A stretch of 39,390 nt of DNA from Paraglomus brasilianum. Taxonomy: Eukaryota. The translations under genes and the position numbers were made by a program. The stretch's first letter is position 1. The number at the start of each line of letters is the position of its first letter. Where the stretch lies: the NCBI GenBank assembly GCA_910592345.1, contig CAJVPI010000247.1:1-39390 (forward strand), written 5' to 3'. Below the pieces are notes generated by a model. It searched no databases, was not told the DNA's origin, and worked only from the letters and a program-made list of their open reading frames with translations. Below are positions 24,426 to 35,139 of this stretch, one piece after another.

Positions 24426-25863
24426 GTGGAGTTAGGATGAATATTGGAAATTTCTGTTTTCTTTAATTGATGTTCATCTTTTGCCTTATTTAGAATACCA
24501 ACTACAGGTTGAATAGGAAAAGAATCAAACATTGATAGAATGACTCTATATACCCCTCTGAACGTTATCGGCTACTTGTTTTGCGATGTTCAATACAAAG
24601 TTTGTATTTTTATTCTCAACGTCATTCCCTTTTTCCCTTCACACTTCATCTTACGTATTTAAGGGAATGCCATGGGATAGAGGGATCTTTTTGCTTTTTA
24701 GACAGGGAACTTGTATTCCGTTAAGAAAACATGCTCACTATGAGCCTGATTTCGATTTTCAATAATCACGCTTCATATGTCCCCTCTTGCGGAGAACATT
24801 GAAGCCAGTTTTGTATATTTCGTCAGCAAAAAGATGTACCAACAACGTAGAATTGCTTTATTTGCTCACCTTGACTCAGAGAACATAGTTCAACTCTTCA
24901 TAGAGAACACTTTCGTATTGAGTAGTGTTAAACTGGTTAAGTTGTATTTTCGTCTTAGCTGAGACATCATTAACTTCCCGCATGCATATTCTCGATCGAG
25001 ACAACTGATAATTTTACCCCAACAGCTTATGTGTCTCTCGAGCAAAGAAGGCAGAAAGGCCAATGCTATAACCTTATGTTGAACATTGTCCGAATTTCTT
25101 TGTCCTGGCCATTTTGACTTTTGCATAGTTATTGAATTTGTTTACTCCAAACATACCCTGCAAGATTCGTTTTCTGGCCTTCGTTGTAAACAGGAGCTTG
25201 ATAAACATTGACGCTCAACTGGTATATTACATTAAAACAATATTATTGACCGGCAAATAATATGACAAAAATTGAGCCAACGCAACATTTTTAATATAAA
25301 CGTTTTATTTTAAAGCTTTGTGTGCAACATAATTACTAACAAGTAGGTCATTACAACCCAACACTTTACAACACATCCTCCAACGATGGAGTTTATAAAG
25401 TAGATAGGACACAATCTTGAAAGCATAATTTGGCATGAATTCATAACGTATCTGTGTCATCGAGATCAATTGTTAACGTTAAAATGTCAATCACACAATT
25501 AATATTAATTAAACAAACTTTATGTTCAGTATGTCTGAGAGATCTTAGAAAATGCTAGATATAGCATTGTCAACCGAAACAAACCGTTTACGAAAAAGCA
25601 ACCGATTTTGTTTTAAAGCAGAATTTTAATAATAGTAACAGTATTTCGCAAGTCAATCTAAGTATTAAACCCGTGCCTCGCTTAAATTTTGTAAAGTGGA
25701 TTACGTATTAAAATAATGAATGTGTACCGATAAAGTTTGTCCATATCGGGTCGTAAACGTAAAACAGTAATTCCAAAATTAGTAATGCTATTATAAGATC
25801 GACAAGCTGTGATCCACCAGTTAAAATTGAAAAAAATTGTAATACGTTTTGCATTTGTCACGT

Positions 25864-26540
25864 GAGATCGACTTATCGAGATGTGTTCAACTGGAGCTGT
25901 TGGCCGACTTACAGCTTATCGAGAATTTACCGACTTATTGAGTGGCCGAATCGAGACTGACTGTGTATGTAAAATACAGGTATTTAAAAAAATTGGACAC
26001 TGCACCGCCAGCATCAAATGTCGCACGATACATTTGAAAGCTTGAGACAAGTAGTTTTATTTATGCATTATTATCGGGGAATTCGATCGCCATTATTTTC
26101 TAACACTAGTTTGCACGGTCTCTTTATTGATTTTACCAAACTAATTAGAGAGAGTTTCTGAAATAGAACTCCATTTTCCCGTAGATTTTTGGGTATGCAT
26201 TTTTTTTAACAATGGCCAAATATTTAATAAGATTTAAAGTCTGAACTATTAGCAAATTAGTCTATAATTTCAGGAGCATATACCATCGAGGGGGGGGGGG
26301 GAAGCACATGCTAAAATAACAATAAATGTGACAGCTGATGCTGAAATCACGTGGTCCAACTTATCAAGAGTGTACACCTTTAGCGTTCAATCGTAGGTGT
26401 AAACAAATAAAGAACGCAAAACTCCAACTTATCAAGAGTCATTGCGATTTTATATGTGTCGTCCGACTTATCGAAAATTTTTAACTATTCAAAAAAGGTA
26501 CCGAAAATTTTTGTCCGAGTTAAGCCAAATCCGACTTATT
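25864..26540. repeat. Degenerate MITE/DNA-transposon subterminal repeats (CCGACTTATCGAG motif)
   Basis: At least eight variants of (C)CGACTTATCGAG / CCAACTTATCAAG clustered at 25864-25960 and 26354-26540; the first cluster ends in TCGAGACTGACTG, resembling a Tc1/pogo terminus. Confidence 0.5.
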
Positions 26541-26769
26541 CCTCCCTAATTTCTGTGTAATTCCGATGGGATCACAAACATTACACACTAAGTAGCTGCC
26601 AGAAAATGACAATTTTTGAATTTTGGTGTAATCTGGCAATATTAATAACAGTGTCAATTACCTTTTAGGTTAAATTGGCACTTAGTATGCGTAGCTAAAT
26701 CTAGGCGAAACTGGCATCACATTCGCTGTTTCTTAAATGTCGATGTAATGTTCAATTAATATCTCTTTC

Positions 26770-27109
26770 TAATAATAAACAAGTAGTTTTTTATACTCTG
26801 AAATAGATTATTAATGATTTGTTCTCTAGTAAATTGCGATATATGTACGTATCTGAGAAACCGTTAATCCCTATATCGTTCAGGAGTATTTGCCTCTTGT
26901 CCCGCGTTGATAATTATACGAACACCTCAGAACTATAGACCATCGAAACTAATCTCATCGGCGGATAATAGTGAATATACTCGAGGAACGACGTATTTAT
27001 CGAGGATTGGCGTCTATCGATCGACTATTAGAGAGTCGTGAATGGTAAAGCCTGATTAAAAGGTCACTAATTGACGTTATATTTAACTTAACAAGTAGGA
27101 GTAGCCACA
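26770..27109 (+). repeat. LTR-like relic related to 1-318
   Basis: Same order of blocks as 1-318 (AATAAAC..TACTCTGA..TAATCCCTAT..CTTGTCCC..AAAGCCT..AAGGTCACTAA..AGTAGG) and ends in CCACA. Confidence 0.45.
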
Positions 27110-27181
27110 CCTTCCAAGTATCGATAATTATCCGCTCTTCTGTAACCGTCGGCACGACATTATCGTAGAATTAAAATTATA

Positions 27182-27975
27182 CGTGTGACTTATCGGACTT
27201 ATTAACCAGTGAAAAATATTTTACTGCGTTGCTCCCGAATGTTACACCGATACGTACGTATCATTGTTCTTAGTTACGTAGAAATGTTGCCGTGATTTAC
27301 GCAGTAAGGGGTGTGAGAGTCAGCCACAACAATCACTATCAACTAATGGTAAACATAAGCGGATATATTGCCTAATGTAACACATATCGCGTGTGCACCA
27401 AAATGTTACGTTGATACTATTGTTCTTATTTACGAAAACAATCGTGACAGTCGCGGTAAAAAATTTTTCACTGGTTAACAAGTTCGACAAGTCACGCGAT
27501 TAAACTGAGTCGATATCATCAATAACAAAAGCGCTCATGCAGTTGCAGACTCTCACGCTCCTTATTGCATAGATAACATATAAAGTTGCGTACGACAACA
27601 ATTGATAATATCAAGTAGTACAAATGTATGTCACCTTCCCATCTAACACGCGAACATCATAAGATTACATTTATACGCGTGACTTATCGGGCTTATTAAC
27701 CAGTGAAAAATTTTTTTACTACGACTGTCACGATTGTTTCCGTAAATAAGAACAATAGTATCAACGTAACATTTTGGTGCACACGCGATATGATGCAATG
27801 ATGTGTTACACTAAGCAATATATCGATACCCGCTTATGTTTACTATTGGTTGACAGTGATCGTTGTGGCTGACTCTCACACCCCTTACTGCGTAAATAAC
27901 AACATTTATACTTATAAGGTCGCGCACGACAACAATATCAAGTAGTACATCTTTATCATTAACACGCAAACACGC
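27182..27975. mobile_element. Foldback/MITE-like composite of inverted repeats
   Basis: 27182-27228 is the inverse of 27452-27498 (TIR pair). 27295-27498 is the inverse of 27676-27897 over ~200 bp. 27549-27655 is directly repeated at 27872-27972. Confidence 0.7.
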
Positions 27976-27980
27976 GTCTA

Positions 27981-27983
<3 letters not shown>

Positions 27984-28014
<31 letters not shown>

Positions 28015-28057
28015 CAGACACTCCTCTCCGACACTCCTCTCCGACACTCCTCTCTCC
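27984..28057. repeat. (TA)n microsatellite followed by three copies of GACACTCCTCTCC
   Basis: Direct reading of the sequence. Confidence 0.9.
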
Positions 28058-28084
28058 ATTGCACTCACAACAACCTCAAAGTAC

Positions 28085-29196
28085 AAATACAACGTTATCG
28101 AAAAGTCAATATACAATGCAACAAACCTTTACCGCTACGACACTTTGCTACGACTTACGAACAAGTATTCAAAATGACACCGTTTATCAACCACAAACGC
28201 TACTCTTTCTGCGATCGGGAAAAAGACAAGGCGCTCGTGGAGAAAACAAGGCATGTGGATGGTTTGACATGTTCCGTTTGGGGCCGGGTGTTATTCATTG
28301 AAGTATAGTTCTTTGGGTTGATGCGCCCTATAAACGTGGTTCGTTCAAACTCACTCCAATTCATAGATGTCTGGCATGTTCTTTAAACATCGTACAGACG
28401 CACTCATTCAAGGATAGTTTGACATGTTCCCGTTTGGGCTTACTCATTGAAGTATAGTTCTTTGGTAGCCCCCGTACGTCCTTTAAACCTGATTCGTTCA
28501 CTCACTCCCTTGTTAAGAAATTCGTTTCTTACCTTTTTTTTTTTTTAAAAAAAAAATTATCTAGAACAATCGAATTAACAACGTTATTCGAAATATACAA
28601 CGCAACGACCCTTCGCCGCCACTCCCGCACATACAACGCGACGACTCAGTTTATCGACCACGTAATCGATGCTCATATACACACATATATCCAAACGCTA
28701 CTCTTTCCGCGATCGGGAAAAAGACAAGGCGCTCGTGGAGAAAACAAGGCATGTGGATGGTTTGACATGTTCCGTTTGGGGCCGGGTGTTATTCATTGAA
28801 GTATAGTTCTTTGGGTTGATGCGCCCTATAAACGTGGTTCGTTCAAACTCACTCCAATTCATAGATGTCTGGCATGTTCTTTAAACATCGTACAGACGCA
28901 CTCATTCAAGGATAGTTTGACATGTTCCCGTTTGGGCTTACTCATTGAAGTATAGTTCTTTGGGTAGCCCCGTACGTCCTTTAAACCTGATTCGTTCACT
29001 CACTCCCTTGTTAAGAAATTCGTTTCTTACCTTTTTTCTTTAAAAAAAAAATTATCTAGAACAATCGAATCAACAACATTATCTGAAAGTTGAATATACA
29101 ACACAACAATCCTTCGCCGCCACTCCATGTTGCGCACATACGACGGTTTGCTACAACTCTCGAACAAGTCTTTGAAACTTAGTTTATCGACCACAG
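28085..29196. repeat. Tandem array, period ~498 bp: two near-identical cores (28194-28575, 28692-29070) and three diverged spacers
   Basis: Cores differ at only two positions I could find before the homopolymer tail; spacers share AATATACAA..CAAC..CC..GCC..GTTTATCRACCAC but differ by many indels. Confidence 0.9.
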
Positions 29197-29711
29197 CCGA
29201 CGAAAAAGTTCGCAGTACCGCACCGAGTAGAATAATAATGCGGTAAAAGGAGTTCGGGAAAATTGTATTACACGTAAGTTTATTAACTTATTCAGATATT
29301 CAACGTATTTTCATATATCTTTTCGTCGTCGGTAAAACAAATAATCCCTGTCATAAAATAACCCTCAAAATTATTAGAAATATATGAGTCACCGTCTCGA
29401 TTTCGAAAAGGTTTCCCGACACCATAATCTCGTTCTATACGCGGAATACTTTTGCATCGTTATTATTATCATCAGCGCGTTAAGATATTGACAACACCAA
29501 GCGATCTAACTTGCATGCTGACAAAGCGGAGCGGGCGAAATAAAGAAAGGAGTTGGCTTTGAGAGGACGGACAATAGAGTACTTTAGTGAGGTAAATGGG
29601 TGGATAAATAATCGTTCACTAACAGAGTATTGCTCTTTTTAACTGGTTAACTAGGTAGCTGCTTTCTTTTGTCTCAACTGGTGGACGGGAGCGGATCTGG
29701 ATCGGGCAGCG

Positions 29712-30002
29712 GTGACGCCCCTCTACTCACCAGTGCTCGCCTGCGGTGAAGGGACTGGCACCGGTCCTCTGATAAGTGGGTCACGGGGGATATACCTAAG
29801 GATGGTTTATGCGTATACGGTTCACAATGTTATGGATATATACAAGACCTATATGAGATGGAGTATGCCCGGAACACTATCACGACATCTCCTTTCTTCT
29901 TTTTTACACAGCTTTTAGATGACGGGTAGAAGGTTTTGGGTAAGTATAAGGTAAGTATCGCATTTACTTTACGTTATAAACTAACTCTATTTTCTTTTTC
30001 TG
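29712..30002 (+). repeat. LTR-like relic (5' part) of the same family as 1-318
   Basis: Starts GTGACGCCCCTCTACT (inverse of the family 3' end); AGTATCGCATTTACT..ATAAACTA at ~29955 matches positions 17-45. Confidence 0.4.
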
Positions 30003-31608
30003 TCGTGAAGGAGTGGAGCGAGTTTGACGGTCCAATTCGGTGAGTTTGCTGCTTGGCATATGCCTGGTTGGAAGCAATAGTTATTCAATTGTTTATCCAC
30101 CTAATGTAATAATTAACTTAATTAATATTATTATCAATATTGTAATCATAATGAGCAAAAGAAAAAAAAATTAAAAAAAGGAAGTTTTGAATAAATATTT
30201 TATTCTTATCACTGTTAAATAGATATGATTAATAATATTTTCGGATTTAGTTAGGAATAGCTTGTGCCATCCCTGGTATGAAGACTTGATATTGATAAGA
30301 TTTGAACTTACTGATAAGAACAAGGATATAAAAACTTTCATCGATGTTGTAAGGCACTAATAGGACGGGGAAACATTGGGTTTAACTGTGATACAACAGT
30401 TAAGCATGGGGTTAATTCACATGGGATTCTTTAGCCCTCTGGTCAGAGTTGAAGGAATAATTATCAGTCAAAGATATATTAATATATACCACAGATGAAA
30501 ATGAATGTACAACAGCCAAAAAGGTTGGTATAATTTCATAAGCTACAAATGATGGCTAAGTTATATTTAGTGCCCGTGGAACTGCATCGTTGCATAGTTA
30601 TGGACTGTGTCTTTGCTATAACCAGCTTGTGACAAGCCTCTAACTAGATAATTTTAATTGTCCAACACATTAACGCATATAATTTATCTGTACAAGGTTG
30701 GGACTTCTGAATCTTATGGAGAATGAAAAAAGCGTTTTTATTTTGCGACTGAAATACAATTTGTTGTGGAACTGGGTATATTACTGAAGCGCCTAAACGA
30801 TCTTACGAAAACCACGATCAATCGGAGCAACCTCAATTTAAAAGAGGTAAAAAACAGAAGTCTGTAAATATCTTTAACCAAGAATCAAATCAGATGATAA
30901 TACTGTCCCTTGAACTTCAAATAGGTTCGAGAGAAAGCATGCCGGAAGACATAGAAGACGAGATTAAAAATGATAAGGTTTTTAAAAATCCATATTGCTA
31001 CTCCCCATGTCAATACAATATAAATGGGCTCAATGCAATGATATAGTACTGAGGACAAGGCAATTAGTTTAGTGAAACGATAGAAAGTTATATTAATATA
31101 ACGATAAGCACGATCATCCTTTATTTCAATAATTGTTCTTATTAAATGTCTTGCTTGCAATTAGAATAGTCCTTTATATTCTAATAAAATCCGTGTTTAA
31201 ATATAAATTTATATCGTTAATTCCCTGGTAGATTTTCTATCGCTGGTAAAAGTATAAAACGCTTTCCCGTATCGGCGGAAGCTTCGACATCAGGATCATT
31301 ATTAATAACGCGTTAGTGTAGAATTTATTCTCCGACCCATTCGAAGTTAAATATAATGGTCATCCGGAGAAGCTGATTTTAGTACGGTCGCACTTCTTCA
31401 AGCCGTACTTGGAGGCTATTTGCCGGCCAATTCACAGATCTCTCAACTAGTTCACTCCCTGGTGCGGATTTATAAAGAGGAATTGGTAAGTATTTATTAT
31501 ATTAATTTAATTGATATGCTGGCTATTATAATATTTATCAAATCTTGTGTTACCATCATGAAAAGAATTTCTTGATTTCTATTACAGCCAACCCGTTAAA
31601 CGAAAGAA

Positions 31609-33725
31609 ATGGTACGTTATGCTTTGGTATCTAATTATCCATTCCCGTTAAATAGCGTCCGCCTGAAACCCTTCTTTCTTTTACGATACTTTAAAAACAG
31701 AAAGTTAAAGTGCTCACACGTAAACCCGAAGAGTATATACGCGAGAAATCCAGCGATCTTCATAGAATAAGAAGAAATTATGATCCAGTTCTTCACCCAC
31801 TCGAAAAAGCTCGCGAATACACGCGCGCACTGAATGCAGTGAAGCTAGAACGGATGTTTGCAAAACCGTTTGTTGGTGCTCTTAATGGTCACAACGATGG
31901 CGTCTATTGTATGGCAAAGAATCCAAGAAAGATTACTTCGCTGATATCTGGGAGTGGTGATGGGGGTGAGTTGAATCAAGAAAGCAGTGGAATTATGATT
32001 GCGATACATTTAGACTAAGAGAGATGAATTGTTTAGAAATTCGACTGTGGGATTTAGCCGATCGAACCACTGTTTGGAGTGTCCAGGGACACAAGGGTAC
32101 TGTCAAAGGAGTTTGCTGTGGTCCTGCAGGAAATGTTTTTCTGTCATGCGGCCTTGACAAGACTGTAAAAGTGTGGAACCCTGACGTATCGACTGAGGTG
32201 AGGTAAGATTTTTATTCGTAGTCTTGTAATAGGTGAGTTGTCAAGTACGACTGATTTCCTGTCTTATATAGCCTGCGAATACATATTTGGGGAAGTTTGC
32301 GTACAGGTAAAGGCCCATAATATGCAGAAATGATTACTGTTAAGCGCAATTCACGAATGAGATAAATATAGTGCGATAGATCATCATCGGTCCGATCCTA
32401 TTTTTGCTACTTCAAGTACTCAAATAGAAATTTGGGACGAGAGCAGGTAAAGCATGCGCATATATCCTATTCAGGGTATTAATCACTAGTTCTATAAAAC
32501 TGACCAATTGCATTGTACGATCTTTGCCCTCTTCTCTGTTATTTATTCTGCCTAGATCTCAGCCTATAAACACGTTCTCATGGAGTGCAGATACAATAAA
32601 CACAGTACGATTCAATCAGACCGAGAAGAGTATACTAGCAGGTTGCGGTAACGATCGTTCGATCATCCTATATGACCTGCGAACGGGTTCTCCACTGGCT
32701 AAAATGCTGATGGAAGTAAGTCATGTGTCTGTATATTCGCATCTTCTGTAATCGATTTTTTAGCCTAACGTAGCTGTAAATTCATAGATGAAGACGAATG
32801 CCATATCATGGAATCCGATGGAAGCATTCAACTTTACCACGGTATGTGTACCTTATCTTTGCCATGCATGGAAAATTCATATGGTCAATTGGTCTGAAGA
32901 TACGACATTTAATAGGCTAATGAAGACCAAAACTGCTACACATTCGACATGCGGAAAATGAACGTAGCATTAAATATTTTCAAAGATCACGTGTCAGCGG
33001 TGTACGTTCATTTCGATCGTCTCGTTCGTATTTTTGATGTTTCAGTAATTTCCAATCCTAATCTCGTTTATGTAAACATAGTCTCGACGTTGATTATTCA
33101 CCAACTGGTGAAGAAATAGTAACAGGTGCATATGATCGCACGCTTCGAATATTCAGATCACGTGAAGGACATAGTCGAGACGTCTACCATACCAAGAGAA
33201 TGCAGAGAATATTCTGTGTCAAATATAGCGTCGATTCTAAATTTGTATTATCAGGCTCAGATGACGGCAATGTCAGGTTATGGAAAGCTAAAGCCTCTGA
33301 GAAACTAGGAGCGGTGAGTACTCAAAGAAATTAATATAATATTGATTGAGTTAGACATTTATTATATTATTGTATGAAATAGAAAAGTTATCGGGAGCGG
33401 GCTTATCTGGAATATTCTGAACAACTCAAAGCGCGATATAAAGATTTGCCCGAGATCAGACGTATTGCAAGGTATTTTTATAAAGAATCTCTGAACTCTG
33501 CTACGTATATGCATTGTCGATTTTACACATCATTGCTAATACTGTCAATTTTACTTGTAAAGACACCGTCATATACCCAAAGAGATCAAGTCTATGCAGC
33601 AGAAGAAACAAATTATGCTCAGCGCACAAAAACGAAAAGAGGAAAATCTCAGAAAACATTCAAAAGAGGGGACAGTACCGTATCAAGCGGAACGCAAGAA
33701 AAAGATTATTGGAGTCGCAAAATAG
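31609..33725 (+). CDS. SOF1: SSU processome WD40 protein Sof1/DCAF13, multi-exon
   Basis: ATG-only coding exon at 31609-31611 spliced to KVKVLTR; RNYDPVLHPLEKAREYTRALNAVKLERMFAKPF, MKTNAISWNPMEAFNFT, ANEDQNCYTFDMR, DVDYSPTGEEIVTGAYDR, SRDVYHTKRMQRIF, LPEIRRIARHRHIPK; TAG at 33723-33725. Confidence 0.96.
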
Positions 33726-33732
33726 ATATAAA

Positions 33733-34771
33733 TTATTCATCTTTAATCTCTCGACTTAATTTCGACAGTAAATGTTCGATCTGTGTCTTCATCACTGGCT
33801 GTCCTTTAGCTGTTCGTTTCCACAACTGCTTTTTTGTTCGCTTGCGTTGAACCTTGTAAACTTCTTGCCTTTGATTTTCTAATTCCTTTTGTCTATGAGC
33901 AGCCTGTCGGATCATGAGGACATGGGCGTAGGTTATTATTAACAAATCGAAATATTGATTAATAAACAGACTCTTCTGTTAGTCACACTACCTTGATTTG
34001 TTCCTGTTTTTCCTGTCTCCGTCGCTCGCTTTCGTTGAGGACTTTCTGGAACGGATTTGGTTTATGTTTTCTGCAAAAACAAAAAGATGAGATAATGTAT
34101 TGAACGGCCTCAACAAAATTTCACATACGAAATCTTACTTGTTCCGTTTAATGTGCTAAAGGAATTGAAATGTATGCTTAGTCAATTCTATAGCAACTAA
34201 GGAATGAGTTGATGAATGCAGCAATTAATTAAACATACGCTTCCCACATCCTGGGCTTTGCCTTTTGCAGATTCATCGGTGTTTAAATGCTCGTCATTAC
34301 TCGTCTCACTATCAGTCGTCTCATCCGGACTGTGTTCATCTACTATGCGTTCGGCATTATCATTATTATCTGTGCCTTGTGACTGTTGTTCATGATCGAT
34401 TGTTTCCTTCACGTTTTCTTCCTCACCCTCTTCAAAGATCTATAGTTAACCATCAGATTGAGTTTAGATATCCGGGATTCTCTATTTCAAGGCTTTTTCT
34501 TGCACTTACTTTTTTAATAAATTCTGGTGTCTTGGTAATGAGGTCGTCCTTCTTCAAAAATTTGTGAAATTCCTTTTTAACCTTTGCTTTATGTATTAGC
34601 CTATTCTTTTTTATTTTTTGAACTGTATTTGTTACATTGTAAACAAATCAGAAAACGGTATATTCATTTTAGGGTGTTCGTTTACTGATTTCATATATAG
34701 ATATACACACTTTTCTCACGATAGTTTAGTGGTCTGCGAGATCGAAGCGAATGTTTCTGTAATCGAGTCAT
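33733..34771 (-). CDS. FYV7: rRNA-processing protein Fyv7/TAP26 (CCDC59)-like, multi-exon
   Basis: N-terminal YREK/IQKIKKNRLIHKAKVKKEFHKFLKK, KPNRF motif and C-terminal signature KRTAKGQPVMKTQIEHLLSKL; GT-AG introns separate the fragments. Confidence 0.78.
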
Positions 34772-35139
34772 GGTGAATCAAAGTTTGAAGATTTTGGAAA
34801 CACAAGATCCATTTGTAATAGCGAGAAGAACTGTATTACTGTTACACAGGTTATTGAACCCGTCAAAAAAGAAAATGGGATGAGTGATGAATGGGGATAA
34901 TCAAGGTGGTTTTTTGTCACACCTAATCTTCTGTTGTGCTTAAAAGGAAAAACGTAAACAATACAATAAGATAACTGTTATTTCCCATTGCCAGAAAACT
35001 GCCATTGGATTGTTCATTAGTACACACTTGAGTGATTGCAAATTCTTAGATGTATGCAAAACAGTAATAAAAGCACATGAAAGTGAGAGCATGAGACAGA
35101 AAAGTATGTGTATATGAAAGAATTAAATTGATAAAATTA

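Noticed and set aside
24450..25200. Short ORFs downstream of the Ulp1 gene
   Set aside because: Frequent stops in all frames and no family signature; cannot support a call.
27205..27720. RRPE-like TGAAAAATTTT motifs
   Set aside because: They are part of the foldback termini and lie about 4 kb from SOF1.
28514..28565. Helitron 3' end (hairpin followed by CTAG)
   Set aside because: Hairpin is AT-rich and ~30 nt from CTAG, CTAG is followed by A rather than T, and homology continues past it.
28085..29196. CRISPR-like repeat-spacer reading of the tandem array
   Set aside because: Repeats are ~340-380 bp, spacers are homologous to each other, no cas genes, eukaryotic context.
28194..29480. Hammerhead or hairpin ribozyme in the array
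   Set aside because: No CTGATGA..GAAA core in the cassette on either strand; the one CTGATGA near 29470 (-) lacks the required stems.
33126..34567. ORF-track frames 33126-33308, 33446-33850 and 34265-34567
   Set aside because: Out-of-frame or antisense readings of SOF1 and FYV7-like exons.
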